Source: Bigelowiella natans CCMP2755 (Eukaryota; Protista; Cercozoa). From it: a stretch of 64,000 bases of DNA. How positions within the stretch are numbered: position 1 is the first letter of the stretch; every line of letters begins with the position of its first letter. Below, one piece after another: positions 24,701 to 39,202 of this stretch. The notes beneath the pieces were generated by a model. It saw only the letters and a program-made list of their open reading frames with translations. It was not told where the DNA came from and did no database searches. The translations under genes and the position numbers were made by a program. Location: NCBI GenBank assembly GCA_000320545.1, contig ADNK01000742.1, forward strand, positions 25,580 to 89,579. The letters run 5' to 3'.

Positions 24701-27700
24701 GTAGAATTGCGCAAAAGTTGCGAAACAGAAGACCAGAAAGGCGCCTGTGACTTGCACGAATTTGGTATCCTCGAGAGAGAATAGCACGCGGAACAATTCG
24801 AGCATGAATTTGCGGAACAATACAGCGAACTCCCAGTACCAAAACTGGTTTGCATATTTTAAATATATGTAGCCATACTTGGACTTGTTGTCAGGGTGAT
24901 ACAACCCTTTCTCTCCGAGCACGCCGTCGCCATACACCATCGCGATGAGAAAACCCGGGATCCCAAGACCCCAAATTATCAGAAATATCAGTGAAAATGT
25001 GACTAGAGTCCAATGCTGCCCCTCCCAGCATACAATCTCTTGGTCCGCCTGGAGAAACTCTTTATTGCCCACGGCTTTGATGCATACAAAGATCTCTAGG
25101 GCGCCACCAACGAGCACGAGATGCGAGAAGAGAAGACACATACAAAGAGCATTGATCACCATGAACCAGGAGGCCTGGATCTTTGCCCGAATTTTGTCCT
25201 GCGTCTCATCGCTATCATCATCAACACCATCCACGCGTTGCTTCTCGAACATCTCTAAGATCTGGTTGCTCAGGTTTTTGAAGAGCTCTGAATCCTTGTC
25301 CTTGGTCAAAATGAAGTTGTTGGCCATGAACTTGTGGAACTGTGGCGAGTACATCCACATGATCCCGCCGCTATGCGTCTTTAGAGCTAGTTTCTTCCAC
25401 TTCTCAATCTGCTGGGCCTGGTGTTCCTCCTCCATTTCAAGTCGCACCTCCGCTTTACTTTTTATGATGGTAAAATCATCGGCGGCGACCTCCGTGTCTT
25501 TCTTCTCCTGATCAAACATCCTCCGTTGCTCTTCTTGTGTAGCGGCGCGGCCTTGAACATATAGGTCCTCATCCATTTGGCACTCCAGAAAAGCTAACCA
25601 CTGAGATTCATCATGGCCAATGTGGATATCCTGATTCAGCTTCACATAAGCACGGTCGAACGCGCTGAGGCCCTTCTTCCGATAACCAACCTTTTCTGTG
25701 TCTTTCTGATCGTCCTGGTCAAAATGCTTTGGAGGTGCGAAAATCTCTAGGATTCCTTTGCACAACATGCAGGCGCCGCGGTAGGTCTGCTGAACAAACT
25801 TCACAATGCAGATGAACGTGAATAAAAATGCCACGAAAATCATCATGAAGAATATCCTTGGAATTGAGATGAAAGTCCGTAATACGTTGCCTACCAAACA
25901 AAACAGGGAAGAAAATGAAGACTGATTCAACTTTCCTAATGGTACAAACACAACTCCCATACCAACCACCACAGCCGCACAAAATACTACGATTGATTGA
26001 TGCTCAATTAGTTGTCGGCATTTACCAGCGTAGAAGAGCCAGACAGAATCAAGGCACTTCTCCCACCACTTCTGTTCCTTCTTGACTTTGATGTCCCTCG
26101 TCAACTTGTTCTGGCGCCAAATCTTACAGTGACCGTCACACCAAATAATCCCGAAGATTCCCATTAGTACCGCAATGAGCACCAATGGCGTCAACTGCAG
26201 CAAGAGAAAGGACCACAGGTACGGTATATCGACTTGGCATTCGGGCTGGGCAAAATCGATGTTGATCGAGATGAAATTGAGAGAATTGTAGAAATTCACC
26301 ACTGCGGGAGGCCATGTGATCGAAAAGTGGTTGAAGGACGCCGAAGCGGATATGAAATTCATCCATATACGTGTTGACCCAAGGCCCTTCAGATAAGGCG
26401 CGAACAGATAGAATCCGTACAGGAAAGCAATTGCGAGAATTCCTGCGAATACTAGCAGAGATATGTCGGTCGGAGGGCACTGCGCACATAGGGCTCCTGT
26501 ATATTATAGTTGAAACATATCAATCACCGTCAGCTTATCAGAGACGATGTTGGAATTCAATATTCAGTGTTATGTGTTACTTATGTACCGTCGCGAAAGT
26601 GGTTTTTGGCACATTTAGCGCACTTGCTGCCCGTGTACTTGGAGCTGCACCAGTTATTCACATCGATTCCTCCTTGACAGGCCTCCTCAGGAGAGCACTC
26701 GTAGAAGATCTGGCTGTCACCATCCTCAAGACGATAGTAGCCAGTACCTGGATAAGGAACTACGGGGATCCCTTGGTAGTTGCTACCAGGGCAAATGGCT
26801 CCAGCCGGGCAAGCAGTGCAGCATGGATTCGTATAGGGCACCCCGTTCAAACTGCACGTTTTGGTCGAGTCGAAGTAGGCCTGAGGGGAGCATGTACAGT
26901 TCTCGATGGCAACCGCCCGCGTCAAAAGAGTCGCGGGGTCAGGATTGAGCTGGTCATTTAGCGAGGAGGCTGCTAGAGCAGCCCATGGATACTCCTCTTG
27001 CGTGGTGGAAAGCTCAGGGCAGGTTTTGCATGCAGCCTGACCGGTCTCATCCTGATACAGGCCTGCTTGACAATCTGAGCACACACGCGTACCCGCTGTT
27101 GCACTAAAGGTGCCCAAGGGGCACGGCTGGCACGTCAGGTAGTAGTAACTTGCATATTGGCCGGCGGGACATGCCTCCGACTGGATTGTGAAAGAGGATT
27201 CTGCAGAGTTTTGATCCGAGAAGTAGTTGGTCACTACGTTGGTGGTCTCGCCGTTAAATGTGACGTAAACCTGGTAGGTGTACCCCGTAGGCCTTGCTGG
27301 TGCAGGGCAGATCATCTCCGTCTGTGAGACGATAATTGCCGACGTACGTGCCATTAACTGATAGCAAGTAACGGAACCGTCTATGCAATTATCCTGTCCG
27401 CTTTCAAGTACGGTCACACCTGAAGTGGTGTACGTTCCGACCACTAAGCTGCGGTCAAGCACAGCTGTTCCAATCGTTGTTCCAGAATCTGCAGGATCTT
27501 CGGATTTGAACGCGAAGAGGCAGTAGGCAAGGGATGTGGTTGTATAATACGTGAAGAAATTTTGTCCCGTGAGGGTTACGTTCATATCGCCAGCCTCTGG
27601 AGTCCGCGTCTCTGCACCATCAAGAGTTATGGTCGAGATGTACGGCCTGGCGTGCACGCCAAAGACAAACGTCCCGTCGGAGGCAAAATTTTCGCCGTCA

Positions 27701-29128
27701 AGAGAGATCTGAAAGTATACTAAGCGGTTGGCAGTTCCGTTGAGATAGTATGGCGGAGTTGTACAAACGGCGCCTTGGTCATCACATGTCGGTGCGTCGT
27801 TGCATGTGCAGGTGAAGTACACTGTCGGGCCTTCCCCCGCCACACGGGGAGCGAGTCTGATAATGGGAGATATTCCGTAAAGACTCGACGCGGAAATTGT
27901 AACCTGGGTGTTGCCCCACTCAGGCTGCACCTCGGGAGAGATAGACAGCTGCGAAAAGACGCCATATACGCTTAGCGTGGCCGGGTTAGGGGAGTACTGC
28001 TGTCCGTTCATTGCAACTTCTATCTTGATAACATCGCCCGATGTAATGGTAGAGCTTGTAAGAGTTGGTGCGTCAATTTCGATGTTCCATTCTTCACCAC
28101 AAACCGTGCCACTGCAGAGAGAAGCCCGTGGTACGATGTATTCCACGTCAATGTTGTTCCAGGGGTAGTTGGTGGAGAGAATGTTCGTGGTGGAGGATTT
28201 GTACGTCTTGACGCATGCTGCGGACATAGTTTGTCGGTACCCGAAGGCACCTGTTCCAGAATAAGGCACTGTATTGGTTACTCGGAATTGCAACACCAAG
28301 CTGTGACTTGACGTAAGAATGGTAGAGACATCGATTGGCGTAGAGAGAGTGAACTCGTTCCATCCTGTCGTGAATACGTGACCCGGGGAGGAGAAGACAA
28401 CCTGAAAGACGGTTGGATCCTGGTAGGTAATTTTGCGCGCCGTCGTAGAGTACGATGTGATCACGCTTCCTGTCTGGGTCAGGTAACCGATTTCGAATGT
28501 AGTTGGAGCGGTTTCTGGCACTCGGTCCACGTAGATCTTGAGCTTGGTAACCGAGGAATATATGCACTGAGTGCTCGCCGTGGAGGCACAAAAGCCACGC
28601 GAAAGAAGCTCAGTGTACGAGTATGTCGCGTGAAAGATCACGTCTTCAAGTCCTCCCAGGGGATAACCTTGTCCAATATAGAGAGTATCAACGATCGCGT
28701 TATCACTGTACATCTCGGACACTGACGTGGACGTTCCAACCACGGTCTGCTCAAAGGTTTTCACTCCCGCATTGTCCGAGTACCGCACCGTTATCTGTGA
28801 CGAGTCGAAGAGATTGGCTCCGCTCAGCTTGTACCGCACCTGGGCCGCTCCCACGCTCTGAATTTGCGGGATGGCCGTCACCGAGGACACGAGACTGCTG
28901 GGCTCATTGTAAAAATAAAACTGCTCAGTAGTAACTGTTGCCGCCCCGCAAATATGGATCGTCCGATAGCTGCTCACCGTCACGGGAGGAGTTGTGCAGA
29001 GAATCGTTGTACTACGAAACGATACAATATGAAGAGCACAAAGATGAAGAAAATTCAGAAGAAGAAGATAACGATAACAATAACAAACACTATTCCAACT
29101 TCTTTCTATCACTTAATGCATATTAAAC

Positions 29129-29169
<41 letters not shown>

Positions 29170-29823
29170 CACATTGCTCTCGATACTTTTACCTGTTGAC
29201 TAATGTCGCTGCCGTAGAGGCGTTTCCTTGTGAGCCCCCAAAAAGACACGTCAAGACGTTCGCATTGGTAAAGTTGGTGCCATACACTTGGACGTTTGTC
29301 CCGCCGGTAACCGGGCCCGAGGAAGGGTAGAATCCGGTTACCGTGATACCGAGGCCACGCGAAGCAGGTGCTATTCTCACGTGCAGTTCATCAATAGCGA
29401 ATGTCCCAAGATTATTGCTACCATCATCGGCCTGGTAAAAGCGAAATTTGGTGTAGGATCCCTGAGCAAGGGATGGGACGGCGGTCGACACGTAAGTCCA
29501 GACAAACGTAGCTCCAGTAGAACCCAGGGTGTAGAAGGTCGTCCAAGTCACATCATCATGCGTATACTGTAGCTCAACGTACTTTGTCGCACCGATTGGA
29601 CCGCTACACAACGCCTCACCCCCGTATCTGAAGTAGAAATCAATGCTGCCGCCGAGGGTTGTATCGAGCGTCTCTGTTGCTAGAATTCGGTCCCCGCTGT
29701 TTGGTGTGTTGAACGAATGAGCGCAACATGATGGTGATGGCCATGTGGGGTGATTTCGACAGCAGTAAAATTCAATGTAATAACATAGTAACCTCCCCCT
29801 CCCACCCCCCCACGCATACACAC

Positions 29824-29862
<39 letters not shown>

Positions 29863-32800
29863 TGATATATACTGTATGTACTATATCGAAATATTTGCTA
29901 TTGGAGAAGCCCTACCTATTCGAAAATTCGAGCGATTGAGTGGATCCGGATGGCGCTGACGCGGACGCCGAGGTAATGCAAGTCGTACCCAAAGAACCCG
30001 TGTTGGTTTGAAACTGGTAGCTCCTCACAGTAGTCTGAAAGTCGTCTGATATTACCTTGCAAGTCTCAATCGTGGTCACCGTGAAATTAGCGCTTCCTGG
30101 AGCTGCAGCGTACTGCTGACCGTTGAGCGATACCTCGATCGACAGAGCCCCAGATGCTACTTGTTGTCCGGAACTGAGAAGGACCGGCAGCACAAACTGG
30201 AATTTAGTGTACGTCGTTGTAGTAGATGCTGCAGCGGTAACGCTAAGGCTATAGTCGTACTCGATTGTTGGTGAGGCAATTGTAGAAGAAGAAGCAGTGG
30301 TTACATCAGCGGGTCGTGCGGAGAGGGAGTTTGTGTCGCCGATATTAGTAGCTTCAGCGTACCTAAATTCCGTCTCCGAAAGAGCAAATCGAACGTAGAT
30401 CACTGACTGATTAATGTAGCTAGTCCAAATTGTGATGGTCGTTTCTTCATCAGGATATGCGGACGTTGGGGACACCTGTTGGACGCTCGGGGCCGAATAC
30501 GTCTGCAGCGATACGGCTCCTTGCGAGTTGTACTGCTGCCCGTTCAGCGCGACCTCGATCGTGAACGAAGTCGAGTTGGTTGTGTTGTCTCCAAGTGCGC
30601 TAGGAGTTTCGGATAGAATGAGTTCCATCTCCTTTGACTCAGGGCCCAAGCTGACTTCAACGTCGGAGCTCGACGAAGAAATAGCTGCTTGCGCATGGAT
30701 ATAGTCGAATTCACCTCCCGCATTAATAGAACCAATGAAAACGTAATAGTTGGCAGCACCGATAACAGCAGTTGATAGAGGACCACAGGTATCGCTGGAA
30801 TCCAGGCCCGTTCCAGTGATCGTCATGCCGAAGCTCGAATTGACGTAGATCGAGAATCTGTCGACGTTGAGGCTGCACGACACGCAGCTTGGACCAACGC
30901 AAAGTTGCGTATTGTTCACGTACAGCATACCCGAGGCACCAGCGGTCGGGCGTGTAGTTCCGCGAGTGGAGCTCAAATAGACAAACTGCTGCGCCCCAGC
31001 TGTGCGGATGATACGGAAGTCAATTATGGTGTTCGCCAGGAACTCAAAGTTGCTCCGAGTTGCGACACGCGTTGAGCTCAAAGCGTATCCGAATCGGAGG
31101 CGGCTGTTTGTGTACGATATTTCGGACACGCTTACGTTCTCTGGCTGCACATACGACCAGAAGGTATAGTTCTCGGCAGAAAGCTCATCAAAGATTGCAA
31201 ACGCGTGTTCAGGACCGAAGGAGTTTGTCAGGTTGCCATCTCCATAGTACAAGTGGTAGAAACTCGTCGCCGAAGCTGAGATAGAGGCTCGAAACCACAG
31301 CCTCGTGTTCTCTGTGTTGCAGCTGCTTTCTTCCAAGTACAGCGGATACTCTTTGAGCGAGTTAAATTCTGCAGAGAAAAGTTTAATATCGGAACAGTCG
31401 GCTTTGAGCTGCCCTGCTGAGATCCAAGCCTTCGAGCTGAACACAATCGCGACCGGGTGGTCAACGACCGCCACGGTCAATGCATTCGTGACGTTCACAT
31501 TGCGCTTGTACTGTGGCGAATGTGTGTTGTTTGAAACGAAGCCTCCCATTCGTACACTCACTTCCTGGACTCCATTCAGGGCGGTGTCCGTCATATTCCT
31601 GCCAAAGACAGCGAGTTCAAGTTGCGCACCGCTTTGTGAGGCGACGGAAGAGTCGGCAAGGGCAGTTGATGGGTATAACGCCAACACTGTTGGCGTCTCA
31701 TAGTACGTGTAATCCATAGCTGAAGCCGTGTAAATGATCTCTTGATTAAAGGATGTGTCCATTGTAACATTGGCAGTCTCCTCCCGCTTTGCGGTTAGAG
31801 TTTCGTTGAGACTGGGCGAGGAGCAAAGCAACTCACTCGCACTAACGTAGACGCAGGAAGGCGATGCTAGAGGGCCAACCATACCTTTAATTCCACGCGT
31901 GGGGAAGAATCCACTCCCAATGACACGGAAGCTTGTGTTCCCTGGATGGAATAATATCATTGAATTCAGCATTTGACGCAACTGTAGGAAATCTATGTGG
32001 CAAAAATTGCGTATATTTTCTAGTAGGGGCTCTAGCCCTCCTCCCGACGAGGAATAGATGCGATGTAACAAAAAGAAAAATATGGAGATACAACGGAGAA
32101 ATTCCGCCCATTTTCATCGACATAAACTAGAGAAGTTCTTTAATTCAATTTTATTGTGCTGCAGCATTGTTATCTATTGCAAACGATCGACCAACCTGTA
32201 TCAGGCCCACTGTGTGGAATCAGCTCCGTTACTACTGGAAAGTCGTAGTACTGAAACGGGGTCGTGGCGGGAGAATACTGCTGAGCATTCAACGAGACGC
32301 TAAGAGAAATATTAGCTTCCACCGAAAAGCTGGATGTATTGAATGTAATCGCAGTTGAATTTAGAAGAGTTGCAGTGGTTGTCGCTTGGTTGGAGCTCCC
32401 ATCCGCGAGGACGCTGTAAAGACTAGCCCCAGAGAGATTTTGGAACCCTATTTTTTTTTAATGACAACGTAATGTATATATAGCCCGTCAGTGAATAATA
32501 GATCTATCTACCAATCGGTCAGTCAGTCAGTCAATCAGGTAAAGCAGGCGTGCAAGCACTTACTATTAACAATCAATCAACATTCTTTTTTGGCTACAGA
32601 GAGAGAGAGAAAAAGTATGTAGTGTGAGTGGGTAAATACCGCTCCCATGAAGTGTAACCGTCATGCCTCCTCGTATGGGTCCATATGGATCGACAAGAGC
32701 TTCTATTTGAGGATGAGAGTAGCGATGGAAACTGGGAAGAGGAGAAAGGGAGGGGGAGGAAAGAAGACCGAAATCAGGACGTAAATGCATATGATAACGC

Positions 32801-32980
32801 GCAACATCTCTTCATACCCCCCTCTCCTCCTTCAAAATAGAAATTACAGCATAAATGCATCGACTCATGGACGCACGAATGCACGGATGCACACACATGC
32901 TGGCACACATACACGTATGTCCAATCGTGTGTGCATGCGCAAGTGTTTATCCTATGAGCCAATGGTTACTACAACAACCA

Positions 32981-33032
<52 letters not shown>

Positions 33033-36000
33033 ATCTACGATGTAGCTTGCTGGCCATTGAGCAGCACCTGTGGGTACTGGATGCTAGGCGTACATACAGT
33101 CTCGTTGTAGCAGGTAATCGACACGCTTTCGTCCACCGGTGTTCTGCAGGTAATTGTCCCGTTGGCGAATGTTCCGTTCACCAGTGAGCTACCGAACATA
33201 ACCTTGATTTGGTCGCCATAGTAGCTGAAGTTGCTTCCCGAAACTGTCAGGAGAGTATCACCAGCAAATGGACCGAGAGGCGGATCTGTTTGCGTCACAT
33301 TCGGCAGCCAGTAATACTGGAAGTGAATCGAGCCATTGTAGAAAATCTTTTGGTTTCGGGAAAGGTCCTCGATCGATACGGTAACTAGCACACTCCCTGC
33401 TGTAAGATTGGTGGCAGGAGGAGAGACACACAGGATATGATCGCTTTCGTATCGGCAGCTGAGAGCGTCTATGTCGCCAAACTTTGCGCTGACATCCGCG
33501 GTCTGTCGGTAGGTGCCATAGATCTTCACAGATGTGTTGCCTGAGATAGGCCCGGAGAGGGGTGCTTGTTGGCTGACCACAACCTGCGGATAGTACTCAA
33601 ACTGCGTAGGAGAGAGTTGGACAAAGTTCTGAGCATCGAGAGCGAGAGCCACAGTAACATTGCTTGCTCCCCCTGCCGAGGCTGGAGCCTCGCAGAAGAC
33701 GCGAAGCTCCTCGCTTCCTGCTGCCGGTTCCAGCAACGTAGCCGTCACAGTCTCGTCACCGAGTTTGCAGCGAAGGTAATTCGGATGGGTGGGGCGGGTG
33801 AGGTTGAGGATGCCAGTCCCACTTATGGTTAGCTGTGTACCTCCCAGTACTGGCCCAAATTCAGGCACGATCGATGTCACCTCCGGCTGCCGATACGCAG
33901 TAAAGTTAACCTGGGTCTGTCCGAACTGCTGCCCGTTTAACTTCACATGCACATCTCCAGAGCTGACATTGTGAGGGGTGGTAGCGCGAATCTTGACCTG
34001 ACTGCCATCCGTGAACGTCTCTACATGAACTGCGCTATCGACTCCGAAATAAACCGAAATGGGATCTCCAGTGACCACAAAGCCCTCCCCAGAGACTGTG
34101 ACTACGGTGGAGCCGTTGATAGGCCCAAAAGGCGGATCAAGATACGTCACGTTTGGAGTAGAGTAGTAACGAAATCCGACGGAAGTATTGGAGACGAAAG
34201 TTATGATAGCATTATCGGTAGGGTCATCTATAGAGAGCCCAAGGAATGTAGCGCTATCTATACCCTCTGGTGTGTTGCAGACCACATTAGCAGTACTGAG
34301 GTACGTGCAATTTACGATACTGCCAGAAAAGTTGGCCCTTACCCAGCCGGTATTGAAGAAGTAACCGGAGATTGTCACGCTCGTGTTACCTGTGACAGGT
34401 CCCGAGATCGGGCTTATCGCGAAGATACGGGGCTCATCATAGAATTCAAACGAAGGCGAGAAATTGTCTGGGGAGTATTGCTGACCGTTGAGGCTTATGT
34501 TGAACTTCGTCGCTAGTGGCGTGTCGTCGGATGGAAACGCGTTTGTTACTGCATCTGTAGTGCACTCTATCGTACCATCCGCTAGATAGGTTCCAAGGAC
34601 GAAATCCGAAGCCGTGTTGCCATACTCACACCGAATGTTCGTGCTCCCATTCGCGAACGCTCCCTGTGAATCGGTGAGCACAATACGAGTCGAGCCATGA
34701 AATGGCGCGAAAGCTGGCGATGCACTGTAGCTCCTGTAGTCATAGTAAAGGAACTGCACTGCATCGTTTGTAAATTGCTGTCCGTTGAGGGAGATCTCGA
34801 GCGTGGCAGAGCCTTGCTGAGAAAATAGAGGCGTTGTCGCGATTATACTGCCATTCGCGACTGAGACACCAGTATCAACAATGGTCGAATTAAGCCTGAT
34901 CTTGAGTGTATCGCCATAGTCAAAGAAGCCTATCCCCGATATCGTCACCAGGGTGTTTCCCACTGTGGGGCCAAGGAAGGGCTCCACAGCCAGCATATTG
35001 GTCGAGTAGTACGTAAAATCTTGATTTGCTGTAAAGAGCGGTCCACGAGTCTCCGTAGGATCGATCCCGACGCGCATCGTAGATAATCCCGCTCCGTTGG
35101 CAGCTGCAGGCGACACGCAGTTCATATACGTAATCCAGCACTCACAGGCGCCATCAGTGAAGCTCGCGAAATTTGGGTTGAGAGTGAAAAGGGAGCTGTC
35201 GCACGTCATAGAGGTGTTGGCTCGCTCCCATCGAGAATACACACCGTTTTTCCCATAACGTACGCGTCCCTCTGGACAGACACAGCTCTCTCCTGAGTCG
35301 GCACAATGGCTTGGCCCTGATTCTGTGAAGTTTGAGCATGTGGCCTGCGTCGTATTGCTGCCCTCTCCGAACTGTGCCACCTGACTTGAGGTATTGTACA
35401 ATCCCGCAGTAACACGGATATTAGTCGCACCGGAGATAGGGCCCGACTTGGGCTCAATCGAGTACATCTGAATTTCAGGGTAGATTGTGACGTTGAGATC
35501 TGGTGTTGCATGGAACTGCTGCCCATTCAGAGTGAGTTTTAATGAGATGTCGTCCTCAATGTGTTGCGTGAAGTTGAATCGGATCTCAGTGTCCGAGATC
35601 AATTCTCCCGTGTAGTTTGTCGCTGAAGTTTCCCATGTCTGGTAATCAGTGGCCACAGCCACTAATGCAGCGCCGACTTTGTTATTCGAAGAATCAGTGA
35701 TTTCGAAACCAGATCCACGAATCGTCAGCTGCGTGTCACCCCTCACTGGGACCAAGCTTGGGGAGATTTGTGTGAAGGAAGGGTCGTTATAGCCTTGGAA
35801 CAAAATTCCGTTTGCAGTTGCCTGTTGCCCGTTGAGAAGCACTTCAATAGTGTATTCCCCCGTACTGAGAGTGGGGGTTGTAATCGAGACGGTGCTTGAG
35901 TCTTCAACATTCCCGTCTATGAGTGTCGTTGTGCCGCCACTCGTGAGAGCAACTTTACACTGGTCTGGCACAGATGCAAAACCATTTCCAGAGATTACGA

Positions 36001-36405
36001 TGTTCGTGCTCCCTGATACTGGTCCGAGAGGCGGAGACAGCACGGATACGTTAGGGGCAGCGTACGCCTGGAATTGAACACCACTTGAGGAGTACACCGC
36101 ATTCGTGGTGAGTATAGAAGTGTCATCGTTTGAGATCTCAAGGGCTCCGGTTGAGACACCTTCTGGTGAAACACAAAGTACTTGTGTGCACACGGGAGCT
36201 GCGGCGTCGGCTGACGATCCAGGATCAGTACAACTAGAAGCCAAAAGAGAGCAGTTACTGGATGAGAGAGAATTGAACGTTCCCAAGGCGATGCCCGTAT
36301 TGTAGAAAGTACCTGCAAGATAGTTGGTTGGATTTGCATATTTAGCAGCACGCGAGGTCGATTGATTTGGTTGGGAAAATTCAACTTCACACATGCATCC
36401 CGAAG

Positions 36406-36442
<37 letters not shown>

Positions 36443-39202
36443 TCCCATGCTCATTCTCATCCACATATACATACGTATATTCCCTTATGAAATAGCTCCT
36501 CTCGGGTAAAGCAGCAGTCATAAGATTGCTGTTCAGCAAATAAAAAAAATAATAATAGTACCTGTTACGGTGACTACAGTATTGCCCTGGACCGGGCCCG
36601 ATTGTGTGGAGAGGGATGTAACCTGAGGTTCAGGGTACGAGTACACCCATACATTCTGCGAAGACACTTGGACACCGTTCGGTGAAAAACTGAAACCCTG
36701 CCATTCAGAGCCCGTCCTCGTCGTGTGTGACGTCGTGAATACAATGCTGAAATCACTGACGATGGTAACTGTCAGGTTCTCATTCGTATGGCGGTCCAGA
36801 TAGCGAAATTCCGACTCGTACGCCTTTAGTTGATTAAGACCAAAACTCAACTGGTTGATATAAATTACAAAAACTGTGATATTACAACCGCCCCGTATAG
36901 GTTGTAACCGAACATTACTAATGCTCGAAAAAGACGAATCATTAATCGATCTAAAACTGAGTGTGCTCGGAGACGCCTGCTGACCATTAAGAAGTATAGT
37001 GAGGGTTTCTGCGACCCCTATGTCAGCAGTCCTTGATGGTAAGTCGGCGACAATTTGCGTGGCATTTCGGAAGGAAACAGATGTGGCATCAACGCCAGCG
37101 AGCTTCACCAGTGAGTTCCCAACGGAGAAATCGATGAATCCAGAACCAGAAATGGTGACTTGCGTCCCATACAAAAACCCAATCGACGGTGCCACGACAG
37201 TAAGAGTTGGTTCGGCGTAGTACTGAAAGTTTTGGGCCGACGAGAAGGACCGAGCCGGATTCGAGGCAGCATTATCCATACTCACATCTACATTGTACGT
37301 GCCAGCAGTCTTTGCTGGTGTTGTGCACGTTATGGTGTGAGCATTGGTTCGTGAGCAACTTGCTTCGGTGGTGCCGTCTATTCGTACGTCAAGACTCCCA
37401 GAATCATAGAAGAAACCACTTAAGGTCAGCGTTGTAGCCCCTGTTATTGGACCTGATATCGGGCTCAGGCTGCTTAGAGTTGTATTATAATACTGGAAAT
37501 CGCCTCCTGTATAGGCGAGGCATGTGGTCCCTCCGTAAACATTTGGATCATTATACTGTACACAGACAGTTTTAGTGCCAGTGCCCGCTGGTGAGTAAAC
37601 ATGGATTAGGGTCGAGGTCCTAGCTATGAGGAATGCGGTTGTCGCACCAAATTTTACAGTCGGTGTCAGGGCCGCGTTAAAATTTGTGCCCGAAATGGAG
37701 AGAACGGTACCGCCAGCCTCGGGGCCGAATCGGTCCTTCTGTGAAGTGGAGACAGTGTAAATATCAGTCACTGAATACGTACTGAATTGTGGCGAGGACA
37801 GTGTTGCGTACACTGCGTTCCTGATCGTTACATTGACCACATGGTTAGAATCTGTTGGTATTCCAGAAGGCACGACCCCAGTAATCGTCGTCGCACTTAC
37901 AACGGTAACATCGGTCATCTCGTATGTCCCAAAAAACGCTCGGGTAGCTCCTGACCCATAGGGAGAAGCAAAGTTAGTGCCCGTTATAGTAACCTCAAGT
38001 CCTGCAGGAGCATACACAGGGTCGAGGTTGGTTACTGTCGGGGGACTACAAACGGGTGCTGAGCCATTGAACGTCCCGGCGACCCAGCCGCCATTGGGAA
38101 AGTCTCCATTGCAGCGTCGGGCATAATCACCCGATGTCATCGTATACCCATTGTCGCAAAAGTAATTGCAAACTTGCAAATGAGGTACCTCAACGCTAGC
38201 AGTCGGACAGTTATCGGATCGCACATTAGCTCCCAGAGCTGGAGTAGGACATGGAGTGAAAGTGGGGGCAGAGGTGGTTGGGGAACATGTAGACGGAGAA
38301 CAGGTCGAGGGCCCCAACGTAGTCGGACTTAAGGTTGTTGGCCCGCACGTGGAAGGACTCAATGTGGAAGGGCTTAATGTTGTCGGGCCCGAAGTGGTTG
38401 GACTACAAGATGAGGGTGAAAGTGTTGACGGGGAGAGAGTGCTGGGTGCTCCTGTTGCCGGGCTGAGGGTGGAGGGACTGCATGTCGATGGTGAAAGTGA
38501 GGTTGGATGCCCCGTGTTAGGACTTACTGTCGGGCTCACAGTGATGGGAGCAAGTGTAGTTGGTGAATCCGTTACTGGAGAAGCTGTTGTAGGATTGCAT
38601 GAAGTAGGAGTGAGCGATGGGGTCGCTGTGGTTGGTGCAAAGGTTACTGGCGACACTGTAGGCGTATGTGATGGGCTGGTGGTAGGGGAAGAGGTAGGGC
38701 TGGTGGTAGGGGAAGAAGTTGGGCTTTTGGAAGGGGAAGAAGTGGGTCCAACAGATGGGGACCCCGATGGGGTCAGCGAAGGAGAGTGCGAAGGGGAGTT
38801 TGAGGGTGAACTCGAAGGGCATTTCGAAGGCGTCGATGTCGCTGGAGAACTACTACTTGGAGAGAAGCTAGGAGACATTGTCGGAGACAGGCTAGGTACT
38901 TCTGTCGGGCTCGACGTCGGAGACACCGTTACTGGAGACGGGCTAGGTGCTTGTGGCGTAACTGGACCCGTAGAAGGTGAGGCTGTAGCAGGGGCCACTC
39001 TCGTGAAGCAGTCTATAAATATATTTTCCCGTTATGCATTACAATAATATCATATGTGATTTATGAGCAACCCATCTATAAATTTATGTCGTAGACACAT
39101 TACGATGGGGTGGTGGAAGGTGTGATAATGTCGTTAACGACAACTACCAAGAGCGCACAGCCAAAGGAAAAGAGCTCCAGTGATCGGAAGGCTAGACACC
39201 AT
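18750..39202 (-). CDS. Giant (roughly 6000 aa) surface receptor-like protein: signal peptide, S/P/T mucin stalk, Sushi, many IPT/TIG, DUF2341-like, reelin-like, Cys-rich GCC2/ephrin-like repeats, multi-TM region, acidic tail and WD40 repeats; 3' end approximate
   Basis: ATG 39202 gives MVSSLPITGALFLWLCAL. The long ORFs 36533-38998, 33035-36472, 29912-32071, 29189-29821, 26581-29112, 21005-26362 and 19728-20747 each end at a GT donor and resume in compatible domain context. IPT motifs recur (P..GP..GGT.(V/L)T(I/L).G..F, EVxLNGQQ). Confidence 0.85.
38256..38990 (-). repeat. Coding low-complexity SPT/PT repeat (mucin-like stalk)
   Basis: Repeated SPTSSPT/TLSPST/CSPTT peptide units. The Val/Gly-rich opposite-strand ORF is its shadow. 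Confidence 0.85.

Noticed and set aside
38256-39047. 263-aa plus-strand Val/Gly-rich ORF
   Set aside because: It is the antisense shadow of the SPT mucin repeat.
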